Positions 28,859 through 38,618 of a DNA stretch of 64,000 nt are shown in pieces; the first letter of the stretch is position 1, and each line of letters opens with the position of its first letter. The notes under the pieces are model-generated. The model searched no databases, was not told where the DNA came from, and saw nothing but the letters and a program-made list of their open reading frames with translations. Source of the stretch: a virus; IMG/VR virus record IMGVR_UViG_3300021963_004854, positions 32,001-96,000 of that record; one strand, written 5' to 3'. A program made the position numbers and the translations under genes.

Positions 28859-29634
28859 TGTTTTTGAAACAACATTTTTATCATCAACATATTAGAAAAG
28901 CTATCGTAGCATTCGGTACTATATTCAATCAATTGACGGTTGAACGTAAAAATTCCGCCGGTGAAGTTGCACAGTCTATTCGAGTGCCACTGTCATATGC
29001 ACCGAAGCAAAAGTTTTTAACTCGCGTTGCGGCAGTTCCTGGTATTGACCCAGCTTCAATGGCAATTACTTTGCCAAGAATTGGTTTTGAGATTACAGGA
29101 CTGCAATATAATCCGGCGAAGAAAATCAATCTACTAACAAAAAATGTTGCGGTTGGTGCGACCGATGATCCTAATAAATTAAGGTCGCAGTTCACTAGCA
29201 CACCATATGATATGAGTATTGCATTATATGTTGCTGCAAAAAATCAAGACGATGGCTTACAAATCTTAGAACAGATTTTGCCTTTCTTCAATCCAGATTT
29301 TTGTGTCACTATCAATGATATTCCAGAGATGGGAATCAAAAGAGACTTACAAATCATTCTTGAAAATATCTCATACGAAGATAATTATGAGAGTGATTTC
29401 ACGCAAAGAACAACTTTAATCTGGAATTTAAATTTTACACTCGGACTAAACTTCTATGGTCCAGTTGAACAGCAATCTATTATTAGAACCGCGATTGCAA
29501 ATACATATGCAGCAATCGACCCTAATAGTTCAACAATAAACTATCAAGTTACAACAAATCCTTCAGATGCTACCGTGGTTGATAATTGGGATTATGTGGA
29601 GCAATTTAATGAAACCTTCGAACAATCAGTATGA
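28858..29634 (+). CDS. gp15: Tail sheath stabiliser/terminator gp15
   Basis: FYHQHIRKAIVAFGTIFN, VPLSYAPKQKF, LPRIGFEI, QILEQILPFFNP. Confidence 0.95.
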   Translation: MFLKQHFYHQHIRKAIVAFGTIFNQLTVERKNSAGEVAQSIRVPLSYAPKQKFLTRVAAVPGIDPASMAITLPRIGFEITGLQYNPAKKINLLTKNVAVGATDDPNKLRSQFTSTPYDMSIALYVAAKNQDDGLQILEQILPFFNPDFCVTINDIPEMGIKRDLQIILENISYEDNYESDFTQRTTLIWNLNFTLGLNFYGPVEQQSIIRTAIANTYAAIDPNSSTINYQVTTNPSDATVVDNWDYVEQFNETFEQSV

Positions 29635-30070
29635 TAAATTAGATGCCATTTTTGGCACGCACATGGAGGAAGTTCTTAATAATAAAGAACAACTGCCAGC
29701 TGTGGTAGAAGAACCATTGGTACCAGAGATTGTGTCTACTGGCGATGATATCGAAGATGACTATAACGTGGCTAGAAGTAAGCTGAATACTACTCTAGAG
29801 CAAACGGATCAGGCTTTGCAGGGTATGTTAAATGTTGCCCTTGCTAGTGATAGTCCTCGCGCATATGAAGTTGTGGGTCAGCTACTAAAGATTAAAGGCG
29901 ATGCGGCTAAAGATTTACTAGCTCTCCAAAACGCAAAAAAGAAATTACGCCAAGAAGAGCCAAAGAAACAGAATATTGATACACAAAACAATATCATCTT
30001 TTCCGGTTCTACTTCGGATTTACTCAAAGCATTGAAAGCAGAGAAAGCAAAAGTCATAGATCATGAGTGA
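29609..30070 (+). CDS. gp16: Terminase small subunit gp16
   Basis: DDYNVAR, SDSPRAYEVVGQL, NNIIFSGSTSDL; probable start 29609. Confidence 0.9.
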   Translation: MKPSNNQYDKLDAIFGTHMEEVLNNKEQLPAVVEEPLVPEIVSTGDDIEDDYNVARSKLNTTLEQTDQALQGMLNVALASDSPRAYEVVGQLLKIKGDAAKDLLALQNAKKKLRQEEPKKQNIDTQNNIIFSGSTSDLLKALKAEKAKVIDHE

Positions 30071-31706
30071 GGAATCCTCGTATCACGGTAATATTAACTT
30101 AAAGCCGCTGGGTCACAAACATAATTTTACTTTAGAGCAACTGGCAGAAATTGAAAAGTGCCAGGAAGATCCAATTTATTTTATTGAGAACTACTGCCAG
30201 ATTGTTACTCTTGACCACGGTCTACAGCTATTCAAGTTGTATGATTGTCAGAAAGAAAAAGTTCTTCACATTCTAAACAATCGTAAAGCTATCCTTATGG
30301 AAGGTCGCCAGCAGGGTAAGACTATTACATCTGCGGCTTGTATTTTGTGGTATACTCTATTTCAAGACAGCAAGACAGTTGCTATTATGGCCAACAAGAC
30401 AGCCGCTGCTAGAGAAGTTATGTCTCGTTATCAGGGCATGTATGAGAACTTGCCACTTTGGATGCAACAAGGCGTGAAGACCTGGAATAAAGGTGACGTA
30501 GAACTAGAAAATGGTTCTAAGATTTTCACCGCTGCTACAACAGCATCTGGTATTCGTGGTAAGTCAGTTAACTGGCTATACATCGACGAAGCCGCAATCA
30601 TTCCAAATACCGTTGCAGAACAGTTCTTCGCTTCTGTTTATCCTACGATTTCGGCTGGTCAAACTACTAAGATTCTATTGACTTCTACTCCGCTTGGCTA
30701 TAATCACTTCTGGAAATTCTGGAACGAAGCAGAGAAGGGTCACAATGGCTTTGTGCCTATGTTCATTCCTTATCATAGAATTCCAGGTAGAGATGACGCA
30801 TGGGCAGAAGAACAACTAAAACTTCTTGGTGAATTGAAATTCAATCAGGAAGTTCTTTGTGAGTTTCTTGGCTCAAGTAATACACTGATTAATGCCAAGA
30901 CATTGGGTGCGATGAGTTCTATTGATCCCATCCACTCGAAAGATGGACTGGATATTTACGAAGAACCAGTCGATGGTCATATCTATGCAATGGGTGTAGA
31001 TACGGCGCGTGGTGTTGGCGGTGACTATTCTGCTTTTACCGTATTAGATGTTACAGAAACCCCATATAGATTGGTGGCCAAGTATCGTGATAATAAGATT
31101 GCGCCTATGTTGTTTCCAAACATCATAGCGAAAGTTGGTAATGACTATAACAAGGCATATATTCTAGTCGAAATCAATGATATTGGCCAACAAGTGGCTG
31201 ATATTCTCCACATGGAACTAGAATATGATAACATTTTAACAACTGTAAAGACGCAATTAAAACAGTATTTGTCACCGGGTTTTGGTACAAAGACACAGCG
31301 TGGCGTTAGAATGACTAAACAAGTTAAACGACAAGGCTGTTTTGCTTTGAAGTCCATACTTGAAGAGAATAAACTACTAGTATTTGATGCCGAGACTATT
31401 TCTGAGTTCTCTACTTTCATTGAAAAGCAGGGAAGTTGGATGGCGGATGAGGGTTATTTTGATGACCTTGTGATGAGTTTAGTTTTGTTTGCTTGGATGA
31501 CAAGCAATCCTTACTTTAAAGATATGACAAATGTGGACATTCGTGAGAAAATGTATAAAGACCAGATGGATAGTATCGAAGATGAGTTGACTCCATTTGG
31601 TGAAATAAATAGTGGATTTCAAGAAGATTATTTTGTGTCGAACGGCGACCTGTGGAAAGTATCACAAGATGATGAAGCGCCTGAACGTAAAAACTGGATG
31701 TTCTAA
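30063..31706 (+). CDS. gp17: Terminase large subunit gp17
   Basis: RQQGKT Walker A, LYIDEAA Walker B, STPLGYNHF, VDTARG.GGDYSA, DDLVM. Confidence 0.97.
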   Translation: MSEESSYHGNINLKPLGHKHNFTLEQLAEIEKCQEDPIYFIENYCQIVTLDHGLQLFKLYDCQKEKVLHILNNRKAILMEGRQQGKTITSAACILWYTLFQDSKTVAIMANKTAAAREVMSRYQGMYENLPLWMQQGVKTWNKGDVELENGSKIFTAATTASGIRGKSVNWLYIDEAAIIPNTVAEQFFASVYPTISAGQTTKILLTSTPLGYNHFWKFWNEAEKGHNGFVPMFIPYHRIPGRDDAWAEEQLKLLGELKFNQEVLCEFLGSSNTLINAKTLGAMSSIDPIHSKDGLDIYEEPVDGHIYAMGVDTARGVGGDYSAFTVLDVTETPYRLVAKYRDNKIAPMLFPNIIAKVGNDYNKAYILVEINDIGQQVADILHMELEYDNILTTVKTQLKQYLSPGFGTKTQRGVRMTKQVKRQGCFALKSILEENKLLVFDAETISEFSTFIEKQGSWMADEGYFDDLVMSLVLFAWMTSNPYFKDMTNVDIREKMYKDQMDSIEDELTPFGEINSGFQEDYFVSNGDLWKVSQDDEAPERKNWMF

Positions 31707-31723
31707 CTGTAACTTTCACATTT

Positions 31724-31731
31724 TATAAATA
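31724..31731 (+). promoter_or_regulatory. Late promoter TATAAATA for gp18
   Basis: Exact consensus, intergenic. Confidence 0.85.
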
Positions 31732-31784
31732 AAAACATAAAAACGACAAGTGAATATTGTCTAGTTTACAACGAGGAGAAGAAT

Positions 31785-33470
31785 ATGGCTTTTCAATTAT
31801 CGCCTGGTGTTCTAGTAACTGAAAAGGATCTAACTAATGTTGTTCCTGCAGTTTCGTCATCGGCAGCCGCATTTTGCGGGGACTTCGCTTGGGGTCCAGT
31901 AAATACAGTTCAACTAGTTACATCTGAAAACGAACTGGTTAAAAAGTTTGGTAAGCCAGGCTTTAGAAACACAGTAGATTGGTTCTCGGCTGCTAACTTC
32001 CTAGGCTATGGCAACAACTTACAAGTTGTTCGTGCCGTTCCAGAAGATGCTGAAAACGCAACTTCCGATGGCAATGGTATCTTCATACCAAATGAAGAAA
32101 GCTATCTAGCAGTAAATGCTAGTGGCGATAACGGCGAAGGCGTATTTGCAGCCAAGCATCCAGGTGCTTTCGGTAACGGTCTGACCATTGAAATGGCAGA
32201 CAACAATACCTTTACTGGCTGGGATTATGCTGGCGAATTTTCAAAAGCCCCAGGTACATCAGGTTATGCTGATACGGCTGATGCAGTAGACGACGAACTA
32301 CACATTGTTGTTGTCGATACTCGCGGCGTTTTCAGTGGCGTAAAAGGTACTATTCTAGAAAAGTTTGCTTTCGTTTCTAAGGCATCGGATGCTAAGAATT
32401 CGGACGGCTCTTCTAACTACTACAAGAACGTTCTGAATGCTCAGTCAAAGTATGTTTGGTGGTTAGACCATCCAGCAGATGGCGATAACTGGGGTTCTGT
32501 AGCAAGCGGCGTAGTAGATGGTCAATTCGACAATCTTAACAGCCGCGTTGTGAACACTCTCGGTGGTGGATCAGATGGCACAGAAGCACCAGTTGCTGGT
32601 GATATCACAGCTGGTTATGCGTTGTTCAAGAATAAAGAACTTTATGACGTATCTCTGATCATCACTGGTGGTCATGGCTCAGTTGTTCAACAATATTGCA
32701 TTGACGATATTGCTCTAGACCGCCTAGACTGTGTAGTGTTCCTTTCACCAGATCTCGCATCTGTTCTAAACAATTCAAATGATGCGGCCGCGGACGTTGT
32801 TGCATACAGAACAACCACAGTAAATCGTGACACATCTTATGCTGTCATGGATTCTGGCTGGAAAGTTCAATATGACCGCTACAATGATGCATACGTTAAC
32901 ATTCCTCTGAACCCAGATACAGCTGGTCTTTGCGCCCGCACTGACAGAACGAATGATGCATGGTGGTCACCTGCTGGTCTGAACCGTGGTCAAATTAAGA
33001 ATATTGTAAAACTTCTTTGGTCGCCAAATCAAGCCGAGCGTGACGAATTGTATAAGAATGCAGTTAATCCTGTTGTTACCTTCCCAGGTCAAGGCACTGT
33101 TCTTTATGGTGATAAGACCCTTCGTTCTAAGCCATCTGCATTCGACCGCATCAATGTTCGTCGTCTGTTTATCGTGCTTGAGAAGGCAATTGCAACCGCT
33201 GCTAAGTATCAACTGTTCGAATTCAACGATGTATTCACTCGTTCGCAGTTCCGTTCGCTAGTCGAACCATTCCTGCGTGACGTTCGTGGTCGTCGCGGCA
33301 TCTATGACTTCCGCGTTGTTTGCGATGAAACAAACAACACCGGGGAAGTAATCGACCGTAATGAATTCGTTGCTGATATCTACATCAAGCCAGCGAAGTC
33401 GATCAACTTCATTTACCTAAACTTCATCGCGACCCGCACAAGCGTTTCGTTCGAAGAAGTTGGTGCCTAA
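31785..33470 (+). CDS. gp18: Tail sheath protein gp18
   Basis: MAFQLSPGVLVTEKDLT, WSPAGLNRG, FDRINVRRLF, IKPAKSINFI.LNF. Confidence 0.97.
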   Translation: MAFQLSPGVLVTEKDLTNVVPAVSSSAAAFCGDFAWGPVNTVQLVTSENELVKKFGKPGFRNTVDWFSAANFLGYGNNLQVVRAVPEDAENATSDGNGIFIPNEESYLAVNASGDNGEGVFAAKHPGAFGNGLTIEMADNNTFTGWDYAGEFSKAPGTSGYADTADAVDDELHIVVVDTRGVFSGVKGTILEKFAFVSKASDAKNSDGSSNYYKNVLNAQSKYVWWLDHPADGDNWGSVASGVVDGQFDNLNSRVVNTLGGGSDGTEAPVAGDITAGYALFKNKELYDVSLIITGGHGSVVQQYCIDDIALDRLDCVVFLSPDLASVLNNSNDAAADVVAYRTTTVNRDTSYAVMDSGWKVQYDRYNDAYVNIPLNPDTAGLCARTDRTNDAWWSPAGLNRGQIKNIVKLLWSPNQAERDELYKNAVNPVVTFPGQGTVLYGDKTLRSKPSAFDRINVRRLFIVLEKAIATAAKYQLFEFNDVFTRSQFRSLVEPFLRDVRGRRGIYDFRVVCDETNNTGEVIDRNEFVADIYIKPAKSINFIYLNFIATRTSVSFEEVGA

Positions 33471-33506
33471 TAACCCGAATAAATAAAATTATAGGAGAAA
33501 TCTAAT

Positions 33507-34040
33507 ATGGATATTTCAGCATTTAAGGGGTTACTAGGGGCTGGTGGTGCAAGACCAAACCAATTCAGAGTAACACTAAACACACCAGCAGGTGGTGGTG
33601 CCCTAGACCAGAAGTCTCTTCTGGTCACAGGTGCAGCAATGCCAGCATCAAACGTTAATCCAACAATCGTCCAATATCGTGGTCGTGAAGTCAAACTAGC
33701 TGGCGAACGTATCTTCGATCCGTGGACAGTTACGATTGTTAACGATTCCGAATTTTCACTCCATGCACCACTTATGCAGTGGATGAATTCGATTAATAAC
33801 GTTAATGACAATACCGGCGCTATTACTCCAAATGAGTATTATGCTCAGTTGGAAGTTGAACATCTTGATCGTAACGATTTCACAATCGCCAAGTATGTTC
33901 TTAGAGATGCTTTCCCAATTAACATTTCGGAAATCGCTCTAAACTACGGACAAAACGATGTGATTGAAGAATTCAGCGTTACGTTCCAATATCAAGATTA
34001 CGTCTACACTTCAAACAGCGGTTCTGTAGGGGCCGCTTAA
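33507..34040 (+). CDS. gp19: Tail tube protein gp19
   Basis: GGARPNQFRV, YRGR.VKLAGERIFDPWTVT, IEEFSVTFQY. Confidence 0.96.
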   Translation: MDISAFKGLLGAGGARPNQFRVTLNTPAGGGALDQKSLLVTGAAMPASNVNPTIVQYRGREVKLAGERIFDPWTVTIVNDSEFSLHAPLMQWMNSINNVNDNTGAITPNEYYAQLEVEHLDRNDFTIAKYVLRDAFPINISEIALNYGQNDVIEEFSVTFQYQDYVYTSNSGSVGAA

Positions 34041-34058
34041 TTGAAAGACTTTTAAATA

Positions 34059-35633
34059 ATGGAAATTTTTGGTTATAAAATTGAGAGATCCATGGCGCCA
34101 CAGACAGAGAAATCGTTTGTGGCGCCAACGGACGATGGTGGCGTAGAAACTATCAGAGCCGGTGGCTATTATGGCACATACATCGATATCGATGGCACCG
34201 CAAATAATGAAGTAGAATTGATTCGTAAGTATCGTGAAATCGCAATGATGGCAGATATTGATACTGCTATCGATGATATTGTAAACGATTCTATTGCAAA
34301 CTTAGATGACGAAGCACCAGTAAAGATTGATCTGGATGACGTTGAACTTTCACAGAATATCAAGAAATTAGTTCAGGAAGAATTCCAAACTATTCTTAAT
34401 ATGCTTGATTTTAATCTAAGAGCGCAAGATTACTTTAGACATTGGTATATCGACGGAAGACTATTCTTTCACAAGGTTGTTGATACTGCAAATCTAAAGA
34501 AGGGTCTAGCTGATATACGCTATATCGACCCAAGAAAAATTAAGAAGATGAGAGAGATCCTAAAAGAAAAGGATCCAAAAACTGGCGTAGAGTTTATTAA
34601 AGAAATCAAAGAATACTTTGTCTATAATGACAGAGGTCTTGTTCCTAATAAAACTTTTACACCAGCCGCATCACTCTCTTCTACTGCCGGTGCAACAATG
34701 CGCATCGAAAAGGATTCTATCTGCTTTGTTCCTTCTGGCTTGAAGGACATGGACAGAAACATGCCGCTTTCTTATTTGCACAAGGCTATTCGCCCAGCAA
34801 ATCAGTTGCGTATGATGGAAAATGCCGCAGTCATCTATCGTATCACTAGAGCACCAGAGCGCCGCGTATTCTATGTTGACGTTGGTAATCTTCCAAAGAT
34901 TAAAGCCGAACAGTATCTCAAGGGTATTATGAACCAGTATCGTAACAAGGTTGTTTACGATTCAAACACTGGTGAAATCCGCGACGATAAAAAGTTTATG
35001 TCAATGCTTGAAGATTTCTGGTTGCCACGCCGCGAAGGTGGTAGAGGCACACAGATTGAAACTCTACCTGGTGGTCAGGGTCTAGGCGAAATGGGAGACA
35101 TTGAATACTTCCAGCGCAAACTATATCAAGCGTTGAACGTTCCTATGTCAAGACTAGAACAACAGACTGGTCTAAACTTTGGTCGCGCCGCAGAAATTAA
35201 TAGAGACGAATGGAAATTTACCAAGTTCATTTCTAAACTGCGCCGCCGTTTCACACTTCTATTTGATGATCTACTAAAGACACAACTTATTCTCAAGGGC
35301 GTCATTACAGAGGCCGACTGGGAAAAGATGAAGTATGACATTAGATATGTTTTTGCAACCGATGCATTCTATACAGAATCCAAGGAACAGCAAATCCTAC
35401 AGTCAAGAGTTGAAATCTTGCAGGGTGTTGCACCGTTTATTGGCACAATGTATAGTAAAGAATATGTTCAAGAGAACATTCTTAAATTGTCGGATGACGA
35501 GATTAAAGAGATTAAAAAGCAAAATGATGCAAGTCCTCCTGAAGTTTCGCCGCCCGACTATTCACCACTAGAAGGCGAACCGCCAGCGGCGATTCAACAG
35601 CAAAACCAAGGACAAGATGATGGACAACAGTAA
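34059..35633 (+). CDS. gp20: Portal protein gp20
   Basis: SYLHKAI.PANQLRMME.A.VIYRI.RAPERRVFY.DVGNLP, EDFWLPRREGGRGT. Confidence 0.97.
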   Translation: MEIFGYKIERSMAPQTEKSFVAPTDDGGVETIRAGGYYGTYIDIDGTANNEVELIRKYREIAMMADIDTAIDDIVNDSIANLDDEAPVKIDLDDVELSQNIKKLVQEEFQTILNMLDFNLRAQDYFRHWYIDGRLFFHKVVDTANLKKGLADIRYIDPRKIKKMREILKEKDPKTGVEFIKEIKEYFVYNDRGLVPNKTFTPAASLSSTAGATMRIEKDSICFVPSGLKDMDRNMPLSYLHKAIRPANQLRMMENAAVIYRITRAPERRVFYVDVGNLPKIKAEQYLKGIMNQYRNKVVYDSNTGEIRDDKKFMSMLEDFWLPRREGGRGTQIETLPGGQGLGEMGDIEYFQRKLYQALNVPMSRLEQQTGLNFGRAAEINRDEWKFTKFISKLRRRFTLLFDDLLKTQLILKGVITEADWEKMKYDIRYVFATDAFYTESKEQQILQSRVEILQGVAPFIGTMYSKEYVQENILKLSDDEIKEIKKQNDASPPEVSPPDYSPLEGEPPAAIQQQNQGQDDGQQ

Positions 35634-35868
35634 CATTAGTGACTTAATAAATAACATTGAAAACGGCACTTTTGCAGATGCCGAGCAAGTTTTTAATGAT
35701 ATTATGGATCTTAAAGCAGGCGAACATCTAGATAACATGCGACAAGATATGGCAAATAGTGTGTTTAACGATACGCCAGATGAAGAAGATTTCGACCACT
35801 ACGAAATCACCGATGAGAATGACCACGGCGACCAGGAAGAGATAGAGGGAACAGATGAAGACCTATAA
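35617..35868 (+). CDS. Prohead core protein, gp67-like
   Basis: Small acidic ORF directly after the portal; synteny. Confidence 0.6.
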   Translation: MMDNSNISDLINNIENGTFADAEQVFNDIMDLKAGEHLDNMRQDMANSVFNDTPDEEDFDHYEITDENDHGDQEEIEGTDEDL

Positions 35869-36313
35869 GCAACTTCAAGAGCGCATCAACATGGCGAAAG
35901 CCAAGATGGGTGATGTTATCAAGGACTTCCAGGATTCGGATGCTCCTCAATTCAAGGGCAAGTCGGCTGAAAAGCGCCGCCAGATGGCTATTGCTGCTAA
36001 GTTGTCAAACGAAGAAGTCGAACAGACCGACGAAGAGCTAAAGGGCGACCAACATAAGATTGACGCCAACAAGAATGGTAAGGTTGATGGACACGATTTT
36101 AAACTTCTTCGCTCTAAGAAGAAAGTTGAAGAGTCTTCTGATCTAAAACCATTCATCGTGGTTCACGCCAAGCATGGTAAATTTGAAACCCATGCAGGTT
36201 CTACATATGAAGCTGCTAAGAATGCCGCAGCACATTGGAAAACTAAAAAGGGTACTGCTGGCATGGATGTGCATCGTGCGGATATCACGCACTCAACACA
36301 ACACGTCGGCTAA
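35855..36313 (+). CDS. Putative prohead core/internal protein with an EF-hand-like motif
   Basis: N-terminus MKTYKQLQE resembles the T4 capsid-targeting sequence; DANKNGKVDGHD. Confidence 0.55.
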   Translation: MKTYKQLQERINMAKAKMGDVIKDFQDSDAPQFKGKSAEKRRQMAIAAKLSNEEVEQTDEELKGDQHKIDANKNGKVDGHDFKLLRSKKKVEESSDLKPFIVVHAKHGKFETHAGSTYEAAKNAAAHWKTKKGTAGMDVHRADITHSTQHVG

Positions 36314-36331
36314 AAGCAAAGGGAATAGCAA

Positions 36332-36721
36332 ATGGCAGCTACTGTTTCTGTCTTAAAATTAACACAAGTTCACGGGGTAGTAAAAGTCCGCGGCACTGGC
36401 GCTGGCACTATTGCTCTTGCTACAACCCTAAAGAAGTCAACTGAATCTGTTAGCACACCTAACGTTCATATTAAGTCAATCTATTATTCACTAGCAAGCG
36501 GTGCCTCTGCAACAATTGTTAGAAATAGCCAGACACTGTGGACATTAAACGATCAAGGTTCTGGATGGCTGGACTTTGCTGGGTGGTCAGACAATGAAGA
36601 AAGCACTTCCAATATTGTTGTTACATTCACTGGCGGTGATGGCACGGTAGTTTTAGAACTTACTAAGGTAGCTGGCTATGGTCCGCAGCAACATCAAGAC
36701 GCAGACGGGGATCTAGGCTAA
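36332..36721 (+). CDS. Conserved head-region protein
   Basis: Beta-rich ORF ending LELTKVAGY, directly before gp21. Confidence 0.65.
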   Translation: MAATVSVLKLTQVHGVVKVRGTGAGTIALATTLKKSTESVSTPNVHIKSIYYSLASGASATIVRNSQTLWTLNDQGSGWLDFAGWSDNEESTSNIVVTFTGGDGTVVLELTKVAGYGPQQHQDADGDLG

Positions 36722-37377
36722 TGAAACTTATCACAGAAGTAAACGAACAAGTTCGTTACATCACAGAAGAAAAGAATGGTAAAAAAGCACTCTATATCGA
36801 GGGCGTTTTTCTGCAATCAAATTTAAAGAACCGTAATGGTCGTATGTATCCTGCTGAAATCATGGAGAAAGAAATTTCTCGTTACATGAAAGAAGCGGTT
36901 GAGAACAACAGAGCATTCGGCGAACTAGGACACCCAGATGGTCCATCGATCAATCTGGATCGTGTATCGCATATCATCACAGAACTTCGCCGCGATGGTG
37001 ACAACTGGGTAGGTAAAGCGAAACTCACTGAAACACCAATGGGCAATATCGCTCGTGGTCTAATTGAGTCTGGTGGTCAACTTGGCGTTTCGTCAAGAGG
37101 CCTCGGTACTTTGAAGGAAAACAGAGACGGTGTTCAAGTTGTGCAAGATGACTTCCATCTAGCAACAGCGGCTGATATCGTAGCTGACCCCTCAGCACCA
37201 GATGCTTTCGTTCGTGGCATCATGGAAAATAAAGAATGGGTAGTTGTGAATGGTGTTTGGACCGAACAGCATTGCGATATGTCCAAAAAGTATATTAAGA
37301 AAGCAAGTAAGAAACAACTCGAAGAAGCAAAACTGCATGTCTTTGAACGTTTCTTGCGTCATCTTTCTTCAAAGTAA
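36721..37377 (+). CDS. gp21: Prohead protease gp21
   Basis: MKLITE, NRNGRMYP, GELGHP, GVSSRGLG, DIVADPSAPDAFV. Confidence 0.97.
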   Translation: MKLITEVNEQVRYITEEKNGKKALYIEGVFLQSNLKNRNGRMYPAEIMEKEISRYMKEAVENNRAFGELGHPDGPSINLDRVSHIITELRRDGDNWVGKAKLTETPMGNIARGLIESGGQLGVSSRGLGTLKENRDGVQVVQDDFHLATAADIVADPSAPDAFVRGIMENKEWVVVNGVWTEQHCDMSKKYIKKASKKQLEEAKLHVFERFLRHLSSK

Positions 37378-37383
37378 TATTTT

Positions 37384-37391
37384 TATAAATA
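37384..37391 (+). promoter_or_regulatory. Late promoter TATAAATA for gp22
   Basis: Exact consensus, intergenic. Confidence 0.85.
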
Positions 37392-37420
37392 AAATATAAA
37401 AATCCATTTAGGAGACGCAA

Positions 37421-38575
37421 ATGAGTGTAGAAAACAAAATCAGAGAGTTGCTGACTAAGAAGCAACTATCCGAAGAAGTTCTAGACGAAAAGGTTGCTGG
37501 AGACACAACCAACCCTAAGCAGGGTTCGTCAGAAGATGCTTCGCCTGAGGGCGAAATGGGTGCATCGAAGGGCAAAGATACTTCGATTCCAGGTAAGGTA
37601 GCGGGCGATCAAACTCAGCCTCGTCAAGGTTCATCGCAAGATGCAACAATTTCAGGCGAACGTGACGACGATACAGCAAATCCAGGTGCAAAAGAATCAT
37701 CATCTCTCAAGGTTGATGATCTAATGTCACATACTGGTACTGTTGGTGCTGCACCTAATTTCGTAACCCACAGCGATCCTGCTTCTGTAGTTAACCAACC
37801 TTCATCGAAGGGCAATGTAGCTCAGGAAGAAACAGAGGAAGATGGCGAAATGATCGAAGAAGATTTCACCGCTGATCTAGCAACACTGTTCGATGGTAAC
37901 GAAGAGCTATCAGAAGAATTTCGTGGCAAGGCTTCGTCGTTGTTTGAAGCGATGGTAACTGCCCGCGTAGCCAATCAAGTTCAAAGCATCGAAGAAAGCC
38001 TAATTTCAGAAGCGGCTGAATTGATGGAAGAATTTAAGGCTGACTTGACCGAGAAGGTCGATTCATATCTTAGCTATGTAATTGAAAAGTGGGTTGAAGA
38101 CAACCAACTGGCTGTCGATAATGGTCTCCGCAATGATATTGCAGAGTCGTTCATCAATGGCATGAAGAACCTGTTCGCAGAACATTATATCGATGTTCCC
38201 GAAGAGAAATATGATGTGCTTGGTGAAATGCAAGGCCAGATCGAAGAACTTTCGGCTAAGCTGGACGAGCAAATTGCTGCAAATGTAGAACTGCACAATA
38301 ACAATGTAGAACTAATGAAAGAAGGCGTTTTCGCCGTTGTTGCTGAGGACCTTGCTAAGACCGATGCAGAGAAGTTCAAGTCATTGGTGGCTGATGTAGA
38401 ATTCGAGAATGCAGGCATTTTTGAAGAAAAGTTAAACGTTATCAAGGAAAATTATTTCCCAGCTTCTAAGTCTACCATTGTGGAAGACAAGCTAGAAGAC
38501 GAAGGCGTTGAACTAGTAGACGAATCGACAGTCAATAAGTATGTTGAAGCACTCAACAAAATGGCTCAAAAGTAA
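37421..38575 (+). CDS. gp22: Prohead scaffold gp22
   Basis: LSEEFRGKA..LFEA, KVDSYL.YV..KW..DN, F..GMKNLF.EHYIDVPEEK, IKENYF. Confidence 0.93.
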   Translation: MSVENKIRELLTKKQLSEEVLDEKVAGDTTNPKQGSSEDASPEGEMGASKGKDTSIPGKVAGDQTQPRQGSSQDATISGERDDDTANPGAKESSSLKVDDLMSHTGTVGAAPNFVTHSDPASVVNQPSSKGNVAQEETEEDGEMIEEDFTADLATLFDGNEELSEEFRGKASSLFEAMVTARVANQVQSIEESLISEAAELMEEFKADLTEKVDSYLSYVIEKWVEDNQLAVDNGLRNDIAESFINGMKNLFAEHYIDVPEEKYDVLGEMQGQIEELSAKLDEQIAANVELHNNNVELMKEGVFAVVAEDLAKTDAEKFKSLVADVEFENAGIFEEKLNVIKENYFPASKSTIVEDKLEDEGVELVDESTVNKYVEALNKMAQK

Positions 38576-38580
38576 TTTTT

Positions 38581-38588
38581 TATAAATA
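38581..38588 (+). promoter_or_regulatory. Late promoter TATAAATA for gp23
   Basis: Exact consensus, intergenic. Confidence 0.85.
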
Positions 38589-38618
38589 AAAGATATTGAA
38601 ACTCAAGGAGAAAACTAA

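Noticed and set aside
31745-31761. GACAA/TTGTC hairpin in the gp18 leader
   Set aside because: Short AT-rich stem that does not cover the SD; too weak to call
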